From: Eledone cirrhosa
Lineage: Eukaryota
Assembly (NCBI GenBank): GCA_964016885.1
Contig: OZ024743.1
Coordinates: forward strand, 251,286,001 to 251,350,000
Length of the DNA: 64,000 nucleotides
Direction of reading: 5' to 3'
Shown one piece after another: positions 1-13,447 of the stretch. Each line of letters starts with the position of its first letter. Positions within the stretch are counted from its first letter, which is position 1. The notes under the pieces are model-generated. The model worked only from the letters and a program-made list of their open reading frames with translations, made no database searches and was not told where the DNA came from. A program made the translations under genes and the position numbers.

Positions 1-3000
1 TTTGATGGAACTAGTGATGTTGGTGATGTTGATGTTGCTGTTGTGGTTTGATGGAACTAGTGATGTTGATGATGTTGATGTTGATGTTGTGGTTTGATGG
101 CACTAGTGATGTTGGTGATGTTGATGTTGCTGATGTGGTTTGATGGAACTAGTTATGTTGGTGATGTTGATGTTGCTGTTGTGGTTTGATGGAACTAGTG
201 ATGTTGGTGATGTTGATGTTGCTGATGTGGTTTGATGGCACTAGTGATGTTGTTGATGTTGATGTTGCTGATGATAGTGATGGCACTAGTGATGTTGGTG
301 ATGTTGATGTTGCTGTTGTGGTTTGATGGAACTAGTGATGTTGGTGATGTTGATGTTGCTGTTGTGGTTTGATGGAACTAGTGATGTTGATGATGTTGAT
401 GTTGCTGATGATAGTGATGGCACTAGTGATGTTGGTGATGTTGATGTTGCTGTTGTGGTTTGATGGAACTAGTGATGTTGGTGATGTTGATGTTGTGGTT
501 TGATGGAACTAGTGATGTTGGTGATGTTGATGTTGTGGTTTGATGGAACTAGTGATGTTGGTGATGTTGATGTTGCTGATGTGGTTTGATGGCACTAGTG
601 ATGTTGTTGATGTTGATGTTGCTGATATGGTTTGATGGAACTAGTGATGTTGGTGATGTTGCTGATGTGGTTTGATGGAACTAGTGATGTTGTTGATGTT
701 GATGTTGCTGATGTGGTTTGATGGAACTAGTGATGTTGGTGATGTTGATGTTGTGGTTTGATGGAACTAGTGATGTTGGTGATGTTGATGTTGTTGATGT
801 GGTTTGATGGCACTAGTGATGTTGTTGATGTTGATGTTGTTGATGTGGTTTGATGGCACTAGTGATGTTGGTGATGTTGATGTTGTTGATGTGGTTTGAT
901 GGCACTAGTGATGTTGTTGATGTTGCTGTTGTGGTTTGATGGAACTAGTGATGTTGGTGATGTTGATGTTGCTGATGTGGTTTGATGGAACTAGTGATGT
1001 TGGTGATGTTGATGTTGTGGTTTGATGGAACTAGTGATGTTGGTGATGATGATGTTGTTGATGTGGTTTGATGGCACTAGTGATGTTGTTGATGTTGCTG
1101 TTGTGGTTTGATGGAACTAGTGATGTTGGTGATGTTGATGTTGCTGATGTGGTTTGATGGAACTAGTGATGTTGGTGATGTTGATGTTGTGGTTTGATGG
1201 AACTAGTGATGTTGGTGATGTTGATGTTGTTGATGTGGTTTGGTGGCACTAGTGATGTTGTTGATGTTGCTGTTGTGGTTTGATGGAACTAGTGATGTTG
1301 GTGATGTTGATGTTGCTGATGTGGTTTGATGGAACTAGTGATGTTGGTGATGTTGATGTTGTGGTTTGATGGAACTAGTGATGTTGGTGATGTTGATGTT
1401 GTTGATGTGGTTTGATGGCACTAGTGATGTTGTTGATGTTGATGTTGCTGATGTGGTTTGATGGAACTAGTGATGTTGGTGATGTTGATGTTGCTGATGT
1501 GGTTTGATGGAACTAGTGATGTTGGTGATGTTGATGTTGTTGATGTGGTTTGATGGCACTAGTGATGTTGTTGATGTTGATGTTGCTGTTGTGGTTTGAT
1601 GGCACTAGTGATGTTGGTGATGTTGCTGATGTGGTTTGATGGAACTAGTGATGTTGGTGATGTTGATGTTGTTGATGTGGTTTGATGGCACTAGTGATGT
1701 TGTTGATGTTGATGTTGCTGTTGTGGTTTGATGGCACTAGTGATGTTGATGATGTTGATGTTGTGGTTCGATGGCACTAGTGATGTTGGTGATGTTGATG
1801 TTGCTGATGTGGTTTGATGGAACTAGTGATGTTGATGATGTTGATGTTGCTGATGTGGTTTGATGGAACTAGTGATGTTGGTGATGTTGCTGATGTGGTT
1901 TGATGGCACTAGTGATGTTGTTGATGTTGCTGATGTGGTTTGATGGCACTAGTGATGTTGATGATGTTGATGTTGTGGTTCGATGGCACTAGTGATGTTG
2001 GTGATGTTGATGTTGCTGATGTGGTTTGATGGAACTAGTGATGTTGATGATGTTGATGTTGCTGATGTGGTTTGATGGAACTAGTGATGTTGGTGATGTT
2101 GCTGATGTGGTTTGATGGAACTAGTGATGTTGGTGATGTTGTTGATGTGGTTTGATGGCACTAGTGATGTTGTTGATGTTGATGTTGCTGTTGTGGTTTG
2201 ATGGCACTAGTGATGTTGATGATGTTGATGTTGTGGTTCGATGGCACTAGTGATGTTGGTGATGTTGATGTTGCTGATGTGGTTTGATGGAACTAGTGAT
2301 GTTGTTGATGTTGATGTTGCTGTTGTGGTTTGATGGAACTAGTGATGTTGGTGATGTTGCTGATGTGGTTTGATGGAACTAGTGATGTTGGTGATGTTGA
2401 TGTTGCTGTTGTGGTTTGATGGAACTAGTGATGTTGGTGATGTTGATGTTGCTGATGTGGTTTGATGGAACTAGTGATGTTGGTGATGTTCATGTTGCTG
2501 TTGTGGTTTGATGGAACTAGTGATGTTGGTGATGTTGATGTTGCTGATGTGGTTTGATGGAACTAGTGATATTGGTGATGTTGATGTTGCTGATGTGGTT
2601 TGATGGCACTAGTGATGTTGTTGATGTTGATGTTGCTGTTGTGGTTTGATGGAACTAGTGATGTTGGTGATGTTGCTGATGTGGTTTGATGGAACTAGTG
2701 ATGTTGGTGATGTTGATGTTGCTGATGTGGTTTGATGGCACTAGTGATGTTGATGATGTTGATGTTGCTGTTGTGGTTTGATGGAACTAGTGATGTTGGT
2801 GATGTTGCTGATGTGGTTTGATGGAACTAGTGATGTTGGTGATGTTGATGTTGCTGTTGTGGTTTGATGGAACTAGTGATGTTGGTGATGTTGATGTTGC
2901 TGTTGTGGTTTGATGGCACTAGTGATGTTGGTGATGTTGATGTTGCTGTTGTGGTTTGATGGAACTAGTGATGTTGGTGATGTTGCTGATGTGGTTTGAT

Positions 3001-6000
3001 GGAACTAGTGATGTTGGTGATGTTGATGTTGCTGATGTGGTTTGATGGAACTAGTGATGTTGGTGATGTTGCTGTTGTGGTTTGATGGAACTAGTGATGT
3101 TGGTGATGTTGATGTTGCTGATGTGGTTTGATGGAACTAGTGATGTTGGTGATGTTGATGTTGCTGTTGTGGTTTGATGGAACTAGTGATGTTGGTGATG
3201 TTGCTGATGTGGTTTGATGGAACTAGTGATGTTGGTGATGTTGATGTTGCTGATGTGGTTTGATGGAACTAGTGATGTTGGTGATGTTGCTGATGTGGTT
3301 TGATGGAACTAGTGATGTTGGTGATGTTGATGTTGCTGATGTGGTTTGATGGAACTAGTGATGTTGGTGATGTTGATGTTGCTGATGTGGTTTGATGGAA
3401 CTAGTGATGTTGGTGATGTTGATGTTGCTGTTGTGGTTTGATGGAACTAGTGATGTTGGTGATGTTGATGTTGCTGATGTGGTTTGATGGAACTAGTGAT
3501 GTTGGTGATGTTGCTGATGTGGTTTGATGGAACTAGTGATGTTGGTGATGTTGATGTTGCTGATGTGGTTTGATGGAACTAGTGATGTTGGTGATGTTGC
3601 TGATGTGGTTTGATGGAACTAGTGATGTTGGTGATGTTGATGTTGCTGATGTGGTTTGATGGAACTAGTGATGTTGGTGATGTTGATGTTGTTGATGTGG
3701 TTTGATGGCACTAGTGATGTTGTTGATGTTGATGTTGCTGTTGTGGTTTGATGGCACTAGTGATGTTGATGATGTTGATGTTGTGGTTCGATGGCACTAG
3801 TGATGTTGGTGATGTTGATGTTGCTGATGTGGTTTGATGGAACTAGTGATGTTGATGATGTTGATGTTGCTGATGTGGTTTGATGGAACTAGTGATGTTG
3901 GTGATGTTGCTGATGTGGTTTGATGGCACTAGTGATGTTGTTGATGTTGCTGATGTGGTTTGATGGCACTAGTGATGTTGATGATGTTGATGTTGTGGTT
4001 CGATGGCACTAGTGATGTTGGTGATGTTGATGTTGCTGATGTGGTTTGATGGAACTAGTGATGTTGATGATGTTGATGTTGCTGATGTGGTTTGATGGAA
4101 CTAGTGATGTTGGTGATGTTGCTGATGTGGTTTGATGGAACTAGTGATGTTGGTGATGTTGTTGATGTGGTTTGATGGCACTAGTGATGTTGTTGATGTT
4201 GATGTTGCTGTTGTGGTTTGATGGCACTAGTGATGTTGATGATGTTGATGTTGTGGTTCGATGGCACTAGTGATGTTGGTGATGTTGATGTTGCTGATGT
4301 GGTTTGATGGAACTAGTGATGTTGTTGATGTTGATGTTGCTGTTGTGGTTTGATGGAACTAGTGATGTTGGTGATGTTGCTGATGTGGTTTGATGGAACT
4401 AGTGATGTTGGTGATGTTGATGTTGCTGTTGTGGTTTGATGGAACTAGTGATGTTGGTGATGTTGATGTTGCTGATGTGGTTTGATGGAACTAGTGATGT
4501 TGGTGATGTTGCTGATGTGGTTTGATGGAACTAGTGATGTTGGTGATGTTGATGTTGCTGTTGTGGTTTGATGGAACTAGTGATGTTGGTGATGTTGATG
4601 TTGCTGTTGTGGTTTGATGGCACTAGTGATGTTGGTGATGTTGATGTTGCTGTTGTGGTTTGATGGAACTAGTGATGTTGGTGATGTTGCTGATGTGGTT
4701 TGATGGAACTAGTGATGTTGGTGATGTTGATGTTGCTGATGTGGTTTGATGGAACTAGTGATGTTGGTGATGTTGCTGTTGTGGTTTGATGGAACTAGTG
4801 ATGTTGGTGATGTTGATGTTGCTGATGTGGTTTGATGGAACTAGTGATGTTGGTGATGTTGATGTTGCTGTTGTGGTTTGATGGAACTAGTGATGTTGGT
4901 GATGTTGCTGATGTGGTTTGATGGAACTAGTGATGTTGGTGATGTTGATGTTGCTGATGTGGTTTGATGGAACTAGTGATGTTGGTGATGTTGCTGATGT
5001 GGTTTGATGGAACTAGTGATGTTGGTGATGTTGATGTTGCTGATGTGGTTTGATGGAACTAGTGATGTTGGTGATGTTGATGTTGCTGATGTGGTTTGAT
5101 GGAACTAGTGATGTTGGTGATGTTGATGTTGCTGTTGTGGTTTGATGGAACTAGTGATGTTGGTGATGTTGATGTTGCTGATGTGGTTTGATGGAACTAG
5201 TGATGTTGGTGATGTTGCTGATGTGGTTTGATGGAACTAGTGATGTTGGTGATGTTGATGTTGCTGATGTGGTTTGATGGAACTAGTGATGTTGGTGATG
5301 TTGCTGATGTGGTTTGATGGAACTAGTGATGTTGGTGATGTTGATGTTGCTGATGTGGTTTGATGGAACTAGTGATGTTGGTGATGTTGATGTTGCTGAT
5401 GTGGTTTGATGGAACTAGTGATGTTGGTGATGTTGATGTTGCTGTTGTGGTTTGATGGAACTAGTGATGTTGGTGATGTTGATGTTGCTGATGTGGTTTG
5501 ATGGAACTAGTGATGTTGGTGATGTTGATGTTGCTGATGTGGTTTGATGGAACTAGTGATGTTGGTGATGTTGCTGATGTGGTTTGATGGAACTAGTGAT
5601 GTTGGTGATGTTGATGTTGCTGATGTGGTTTGATGGAACTAGTGATGTTGGTGATGTTGATGTTGCTGTTGTGGTTTGATGGCACTAGTGATGTTGGTGA
5701 TGTTGATGTTGCTGATGTGGTTTGATGGAACTAGTGATGTTGGTGATGTTGCTGATGTGGTTTGATGGAACTAGTGATGTTGGTGATGTTGATGTTGCTG
5801 ATGTGGTTTGATGGAACTAGTGATGTTGGTGATGTTGATGTTGCTGTTGTGGTTTGATGGAACTAGTGATGTTGGTGATGTTGCTGATGTGGTTTGATGG
5901 AACTAGTGATGTTGGTGATGTTGCTGATGTGGTTTGATGGAACTAGTGATGTTGGTGATGTTGATGTTGCTGATGTGGTTTGATGGAACTAGTGATGTTG

Positions 6001-7806
6001 GTGATGTTTATGTTGCTGATGTGGTTTGATAGAACTAGTGATGATGGTGATGTTGATGTTGCTGTTGTGGTTTGATGGAACTAGTGATGTTGGTGATGTT
6101 GATGTTGCTGATGTGGTTTGATGGAACTAGTGATGTTGGTGATGTTGATGTTGCTGATGTGGTTTGATGGAACTAGTGATGTTGGTGATGTTGCTGATGT
6201 GGTTTGATGGAACTAGTGATGTTGGTGATGTTGATGTTGCTGATGTGGTTTGATGGAACTAGTGATGTTGGTGATGTTGATGTTGCTGTTGTGGTTTGAT
6301 GGAACTAGTGATGTTGGTGATGTTGCTGATGTGGTTTGATGGAACTAGTGATGTTGGTGATGTTGATGTTGCTGATGTGGTTTGATGGAACTAGTGATGT
6401 TGGTGATGTTGATGTTGCTGTTGTGGTTTGATGGAACTAGTGATGTTGGTGATGTTGCTGATGTGGTTTGATGGAACTAGTGATGTTGGTGATGTTGCTG
6501 ATGTGGTTTGATGGAACTAGTGATGTTGGTGATGTTGATGTTGCTGATGTGGTTTGATGGAACTAGTGATGTTGGTGATGTTGATGTTGCTGATGTGGTT
6601 TGATGGAACTAGTGATGTTGGTGATGTTGATGTTGCTGTTGTGGTTTGATGGAACTAGTGATGTTGGTGATGTTGCTGATGTGGTTTGATGGAACTAGTG
6701 ATGTTGGTGATGTTGCTGATGTGGTTTGATGGAACTAGTGATGTTGGTGATGTTGATGTTGCTGATGTGGTTTGATGGAACTAGTGATGTTGGTGATGTT
6801 GATGTTGCTGATGTGGTTTGATGGAACTAGTGATGTTGGTGATGTTGATGTTGCTGTTGTGGTTTGATGGCACTAGTGATGTTGGTGATGTTGATGTTGC
6901 TGATGTGGTTTGATGGAACTAGTGATGTTGGTGATGTTGCTGATGTGGTTTGATGGAACTAGTGATGTTGGTGATGTTGCTGATGTGGTTTGATGGAACT
7001 AGTGATGTTGGTGATGTTGATGTTGCTGATGTGGTTTGATGGAACTAGTGATGTTGGTGATGTTGATGTTGCTGATGTGGTTTGATGGAACTAGTGATGT
7101 TGGTGATGTTGATGTTGCTGTTGTGGTTTGATGGAACTAGTGATGTTGGTGATGTTGATGTTGTGGTTTGATGGAACTAGTGATGTTGGTGATGTTGATG
7201 TTGCTGATGTGGTTTGATGGAACTAGTGATGTTGGTGATGTTGCTGATGTGGTTTGATGGAACTAGTGATGTTGGTGATGTTGATGTTGCTGATGTGGTT
7301 TGATGGAACTAGTGATGTTGATGATGTTGATGTTGCTGATGTGGTTTGATGGAACTAGTGATGTTGGTGATGTTGATGTTGCTGATGTGGTTTGATGGAA
7401 CTAGTGATGTTGGTGATGTTGATGTTGCTGATGTGGTTTGATGGAACTAGTGATGTTGGTGATGTTGATGTTGCTGATGTGGTTTGATGGAACTAGTGAT
7501 GTTGGTGATGTTGCTGATGTGGTTTGATGGAACTAGTGATATTGGTGATGTTGATGTTGCTGATGTGGTTTGATGGAACTAGTGATGTTGGTGATGTTGA
7601 TGTTGCTGATGTGGTTTGATGGAACTAGTGATGTTGGTGATGTTGATGTTGCTGATGTGGTTTGATGGAACTAGTGATGTTGGTGATGTTGCTGATGTGG
7701 TTTGATGGAACTAGTGATGTTGGTGATGTTGATGTTGCTGATGTGGTTTGATGGAACTAGTGATGTTGATGATGTTGATGTTACTGATGTGGTTTGATGG
7801 AACTAG
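1..7806. repeat. Tandem minisatellite, main unit GTGGTTTGATGG(A/C)ACTAGTGATGTTGGTGATGTTGATGTTGCTGAT (46 bp) with 40- and 37-bp deletion variants; runs off the left edge
   Basis: Direct reading. Every unit contains ACTAGT. The unit length is not a multiple of 3, and the ORF track has no long ORF here. Confidence 0.97.
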
Positions 7807-8252
7807 TCATGTTGCTGATTATGATAGTGATGTTGGTTATGATGGAGATGTTTGTTGTGATGTTGGTGATAATAGATGTTGTTGGTACTGGTGATATTGG
7901 CGATGTTGCTAATGTTGCTGAAATTGCTGTTGGTGTTGCTGCTGAGAACAATGCTGCAACATTTAATATTTGTAACGGCTTTAAACAGAAATGTAAGACC
8001 GTTCTTAATGTAATCATTCCACCTATTATGCAATGACTTTCAGTGTTCTCAATAGCACATTACAGTAAAGACAATAGTTTGAATTATTTCTGCTCCACAT
8101 TGAACCTATAGCCCTTTTACCTCCTCCTGCATACTCTACCCTCACAGTCTCAAATATTGACACTCCGATATTATATATATATATATATACAGAATATGCA
8201 CACACACACATAATCTCAAATACAGCCAGTCTGACATTATATATATATATAT

Positions 8253-8445
8253 AACGAAGGAATTGTGTGTGGTAAGGAACCAGATGGACCATAACGCACC
8301 AGAGTACTCAATACTTAGGGTAGTAGAGTGGGTAATAGGAAAAGGTATGACCCTGACGGCAGAACTCAAGCCGTTTCGACGGCTATTTATAGAAATAGCC
8401 GTCGAAACGGCTTGAGCTCTGCCGTCGGTGTCATAGCTTTTCCTA
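8253..8445 (-). mobile_element. Short fold-back element of the 16082-17932 family: palindrome 8336-8445 carrying the HHR 3' half, plus 3' tail 8253-8335 next to (TA)n
   Basis: 8253-8390 aligns with 16082-16200. The arms TAGGAAAAGGTATGACCC...GACGGCTATTT and AAATAGCCGTC...GTCATAGCTTTTCCTA are inverted. Contains GAAACGGC-loop-GCCGTC. Confidence 0.85.
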
Positions 8446-10376
8446 TCATCATCATCATCAGGTTTAGCGTCCGTGTTCCACGCTTGCATGGGTTTGGACG
8501 GGGGTTTTCCCACTTGAGGCAAGAGTGGTTGTCTTGCTCGCATAGGACTGTCTGGCGGGTTTTCTACAGTTGGATGCCCTTCCTAACACCAACCACATTT
8601 ACAGTGTGGGGCTGGGAGGTTTTTACCGTGTTGCCTACACGGCCACATTACAGCGTGGACTGTCTGGCGGGTTTTCTACAGCTGGATGCCCTTCCTAACA
8701 CCAACCACATTTACAGTGTGGGGCTGGGAGGTTTTTACCGTGTTGCACACACGGCCACATTTACAGCGTGGACTGTGTGTTTTTTGTCGTGACACCTACA
8801 CGATCTCATTTGTTTCGGCCTGGATGTTGTGGGACCAACATAACTTTACATTGAAAGGGGCGGTGTGGGTGGGGTGGAGGTGGTGGGACGGGGGTGTGTT
8901 TTGATAGAGATGCCTACTGACTGTAGTAGGTTTTTACTTTGTATTTAGGTAAGGCGGGTCTTCTCTATTACTGAGTACCGCCAAAGGTCTCGGTCCAGTG
9001 ACATTGTCTTGGAGAGGTGTAAGCGTGTGAGGTCGGAATTTATCAGCTCGTCCCATGTTTTTCTGGGTCTGCCTACTCCGTGGCTACCGTCTATCTTTAT
9101 TGCCCTGCACTTTGTTATACAGCTGTCGTCTTTCATGCGCATCACGTGACCGTACCAACATAGCCTTCTCTCGAGTAAACAACATCTGATCCCTCTTATT
9201 TCTAATTTTTTCCTTAGTTCGTTTATGCTTTTCCGTTCACGTATATTACTATTGCACATCCAGCGGAGCATGCAAGCTTCGTTCCTCTCTAGTCTGCGTA
9301 TATCCTCTGCACACAATGCCCAGGTCTCACTGCCATGCAGCATTGCTGTTCGTATGCAGGCATCGTATAACCTGCCTTTCATTTTTAGGGAGAACCCTCT
9401 AGCGGCTAATAGTGGTATAAGCTCTCTGAACTTTTTCCATCCAGTTCTGACTCTAGCTACTGTACTTTCAGAGCACCCTCCCCTACTGCTGATTTTGTCA
9501 CCCAGATAACGGAAGCTGTCCACTATTTCTATAGAACCCTCTGCGCAGTTGAAGGAGCTAGTATTTGTGGGCACTTGCTGCTACTTATTGCACTAGAGCA
9601 CCGGCCACATGTAAAATCTATGTTCTTAGTTAGCTTACCTGTGATCCCACTACATCTTTTATGCACCCATACTTTGCATTTGGGACATAAAATGGAGTTT
9701 CTACCTACGCCTTTCCTACACACTGAGCATGGCCATTTCCCAGATGGGACCGCCGCCTTATTTTCTTTCCTACAAACTAGAACTTTAGTCTTAGCCAGGT
9801 TAATTTTAAGGCCTTTTGATTCTAGGCCGTGCTTCCATGTTTGGAATTTCTTCTCTAGTTCGGTCATTGATTCAGCTATGAGCGTTAGATCATCTGCGTA
9901 TAGGAGTTCCCATGGGCAGCCGGTCTTGAACTCCTCTGTTATAGCCTGAAGGGCAATAATAAATAGTAGGGAGCTAAGAACAGAGCCCTGATGGACACCA
10001 ACTTTTACGCTAAACTCTTCACTATATTCGTTGTTAATTCTAACCTTACTGACTGTTTTTTTATACATGGCTTGTATAGCTCTCACAAGCCATTCGTCAA
10101 CACCTAGTTTTCTAAGAGACCACCAGATAATGGAACGGGGGACTCTGTCGAAGGCTTTCTCCAAGTCGACGAAAGCTAAGTATAGGGGTTTACTTTTAGC
10201 TAGGTACTTCTCCTGTAGTTGTCGTACAATGAAAAGAGCGTCTGTGGTACTTTTGCCTGACACAAACCCGAACTGCATTTCATCTAGATCAATTCTCTCT
10301 CTGATTAGTTGCGCTATTACTTTTTCCGTGACCTTCATGACCTGGTCGATTAATTTAATGCCTCTATAGTTACTCC
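8446..10376 (-). mobile_element. 5'-truncated RTE-clade LINE with (GAT)n tail and a 112-bp tandem duplication in the 3' UTR (units starting at 8545 and 8657)
   Basis: Nearly identical to the 3' part of the 21922-24938 copy. RT motifs are present. Confidence 0.95.
8945..10376 (-). pseudogene. Frameshifted RTE reverse transcriptase (ORFs 9529-10389 and 8945-9574)
   Basis: Motifs NYRGIKL, QFGF, FVDLEKAFD, GVHQGSVLS, LLYADD and YLG. One frameshift near 9570 relative to the longer copy. Confidence 0.93.
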
Positions 10377-10474
10377 ATATTACTAGCAACTGGAAAGACC
10401 GATGGAAACATTGTTTCCTCGGTCCGATTTGCGAAAGTCGATCGATTTAAAAAAAAAAAAATATATATATATAT

Positions 10475-10514
<40 letters not shown>

Positions 10515-10515
10515 C

Positions 10516-10593
<78 letters not shown>

Positions 10594-10693
10594 TATATGT
10601 CTGCACATGCCACATTGTAAACATGCAATTTGTTACCACTCTGAGACAGGTTTTGTTCGATAAACTTTCATTCCATACATCATTGAGTGTGTG

Positions 10694-10740
<47 letters not shown>

Positions 10741-10745
<5 letters not shown>

Positions 10746-11028
10746 TTATTAAAAGCAACAAAAGACTGCACTGAAAACCTTCTTTAAAATGTTAATTCCG
10801 TAGGAATATACAGATTTCAATGGCACTTTCAATGGGATATTGAAATATGTATATTTTTGCAGGATTTAATTTTAAAGAAAGATTCCAGTCCAGCCTTCTG
10901 TTTTTTTTAATGAATATTTAATTCCATTTCTGCACCAGCTGCAGGATACCACATCTATGGTGGATGATTTACATAACATTGAGTGCTTTAATTTACTCCA
11001 TCGTTTACTAACCAGAATCACCAGTTCT
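10741..11028 (+). mobile_element. Degenerate fold-back element next to (TA)n: palindrome ~10741-10918 centred near 10826, with an HHR-like 3' half (GAAATATGTATA) and a tail containing GAGTGCT
   Basis: TTCTTTAAAAT...GAATATACAGATTTCAAT is inverted to ATTGAAATATGTATATTTTTG...ATTTTAAAGAA, with mismatches. GAGTGCT at 10981. Confidence 0.6.
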
Positions 11029-11394
11029 ACCCTTTGTTAAACAACATAATAAAAATGGTACACACACACATATACATATGCTCATACACACACTCCAACA
11101 TTATATATATGTATATGTGTATGTGTATGTATATATTCATGTGTGTGTGCGCATATATACACACACACATATATACACAGACATATACACTGATTTGCGT
11201 GTTGTAAAATGTCATTTCAAATCATTTAGGAACATCCATTTAGAAAATTTGTTTCATATTTCACATTTATCTTTTAAGCCCTGGTCATTTCTTACAGAAA
11301 GAGACAAAATTGGGAGATAGCTTTATAAAATTAGATGATCCATGTTTTAAACAAATACATCTATTTACACAGCAGTCCTGTTTTATATATATAT

Positions 11395-11760
11395 AGGTGT
11401 TAAGGTGTAAATTAATTGTATTCATAGGTGGTATGCCGAATGAGCACTCAATGTTCATGGGGAGTATCAATAGTATTAATATATAAAGGAACAAAGAATC
11501 AGAGTTGCATCATATAGATATCTAATTACATATTACATATGTTTCACTGTCGATCAGTTCGAGGAGCGACCTATTAATGATCGAACCTGACTCTGGAATC
11601 TGAAGCTCCTCAGATATGTTTTAACATGTAGACTCACAGCTACAGGTTCAATCATGAATTGATCGTTCCTCGAGCTGATGGACAGTGAAACATATGTAAT
11701 ATGTAATTAAATATGTATATGATGCAACTCTGATTCTTTGTTCCTTTATATGTTAATACT
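11395..11760 (-). mobile_element. Fold-back element: palindrome 11472-11760 with HHR 3' half (GAAAC ATAT GTA), plus 3' tail 11395-11471 next to (TA)n
   Basis: About 125-bp inverted arms, from AGTATTAATATATAAAGGAACAAAG to CTTTGTTCCTTTATATGTTAATACT. Microsatellites lie on both sides. Confidence 0.8.
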
Positions 11761-11767
11761 CTCTCTA

Positions 11768-11821
<54 letters not shown>

Positions 11822-11822
<1 letters not shown>

Positions 11823-12638
11823 TAGGGCAGGTAAAATTCCCAAGATCCATGGACGAGTTCGCTCCAGCGGTCTCTGTCCCTCATTATCGCTGCCATGTCC
11901 TGCGTCTCCAACAGACCAGTGTCTGTCCTTAGGGCATCAACATACGTTAACCTTGGTCTTCCTCTTCCAATGTGTCCATGTAGGGGCTCCCACAGGAGTA
12001 CTGAGTGCAATGTCAACTCTTGATGTCGGTGAGCATGTCCAGCTAACCTCAGTCTCTTCTGTGTCACTTTTGAGCTGATTTTGGGAGGCTCCCATACAGC
12101 TCTGAGTTTTTCATCCTCAGTGTATACTGATTAATGTTCAGAGCCATCTTCAGCATTCTTGTGTAGCACACATCCACCATCTGAGTGAGTTTCTTGGTCA
12201 GTGTCCAAGTCTCAGACCCGTACAGCAGCACAGACTCTACTACAGCAATGAAGAGGCGGATTTTCAGGTCTTTACGAAGGTCCGACTTCCACACCGATCT
12301 CAAGCTGTGGCACGCCGCCCAGGCTCTGTTCTTCCTCTCAACCACATCATCTTCCGTATTCCCAATCTTTGCTCCCAAATACAGGAAGTCCTCAACCAAT
12401 TCTAGCGGCTTCCTGCCTACATTAGTGATCCCCTCTGGCTTCTCAACATTCTCTACCAGATATTTTGTTTTAGTCTCATTCATTCTCAGCCCCACACTCA
12501 CCGACACAGTCTCAACCTTCCGCATCAAATCCTCTGCCTCCTTCACTGTATTTGTCACCAAAACTATGTCGTCGGCAAATTCAGCATCTGATATCTTTTT
12601 CGCCTTAACTCTCCTGCTCTGAGCCGGTGCTACAGTAA
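11822..12638 (-). mobile_element. RTE/RTE-X-like LINE fragment (RT C-terminus), frameshifted
   Basis: ADDIV-like motif, FLYLG, LLYGSETWTLT, RLRLAGH, LLWEP..GRGRP. Confidence 0.88.
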
Positions 12639-12639
12639 A

Positions 12640-12908
12640 GTATCTCTGGATAACTTGAACCGTTAAGGTATATTATCCTTTGACATGTCAAATATTTATA
12701 AAAGATTTAGTATTTTATCTGATGATAACGTACCAAAATTTTTGGTACCCTTGAAATATATTTTAATAGAATAAATATGGTTTTATAAATATAGTTTCCA
12801 TTTATTTAATATCATTGAATACTTACTCCAGAAAACTGTCGAGTGCTCTGAATCAGTTATAAACATCTATATTTGTTGGATTTCCAACAAATTAAATATC
12901 TCTTCTAC
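12640..12908 (+). mobile_element. Single, diverged copy of the HHR element family at 30547-30966
   Basis: Shares TATTTTATCTGATGA...CCCTTGAAATAT...AATAAATATGGTTTTATAAATATAGTTTCCATTT and the TTACTCC...GAGTGCT tail with 30770-30966. Confidence 0.8.
12711..12773 (+). ncRNA. Type I hammerhead ribozyme, partly degenerate
   Basis: Stem I TATTTTAT/ATAGAATA. CTGATGA at 12719. Stem II GTACCAAA/TTTGGTAC. GAAA at 12753. Confidence 0.6.
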
Positions 12909-12914
12909 ACACAC

Positions 12915-12985
<71 letters not shown>

Positions 12986-13036
12986 GGAAAGTAAGAAATC
13001 GGAGAATAGACCGTTAAAACATGTTTATTTAAAACA

Positions 13037-13078
13037 GCACCTACGTACGTTTCGCCCAGTTGGGCTTCTCAAGGGCAT
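13037..13078 (-). ncRNA. Minimal type I hammerhead ribozyme, U3-A8 core variant
   Basis: Minus strand reads GCCC-UUGAGAA-GCCC AACU GGGC-GAAA-CGUACG-UA-GGUGC, with palindromic helix III ACGUACGU. Confidence 0.75.
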
Positions 13079-13447
13079 AAATAATCAAAAGTGTTCCTTA
13101 CATTGCTCGGAAAGAGTTTTTGGGGTTAAATCACGTCAAGGTTCATTGCTCGCAAAAATAGCTTGTTTTGATTTTGCAGCAGGTCAAGGGAGGTAACTCT
13201 GGCCGGTGTTAGGGCAGTCTTTCCCGGACAAATTTTTTTTTATCTGCTACGAGATGAGGTTACAACCTTACCATTGTCGATACGCATGTAATCAACGCTT
13301 ATTTTGAGAGTTTTTTTTTGCCGCATCTGTTTGTCTGAGTCGTTTGAGGCTGGGTCTGGTATGCAAGGATTGTTTCCTGGGTGTTATTTTGCAGCGCTTG
13401 CTCTCCGGGGTGTTAAGACTTGTTGCAGGGAGATCCGGTGCACGGTT

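Noticed and set aside
1-7806. Mucin-like Thr/Ser/Pro-rich exon on the minus strand
   Set aside because: The units are not multiples of 3, and TAG falls in frame about every third unit, so there is no long ORF.
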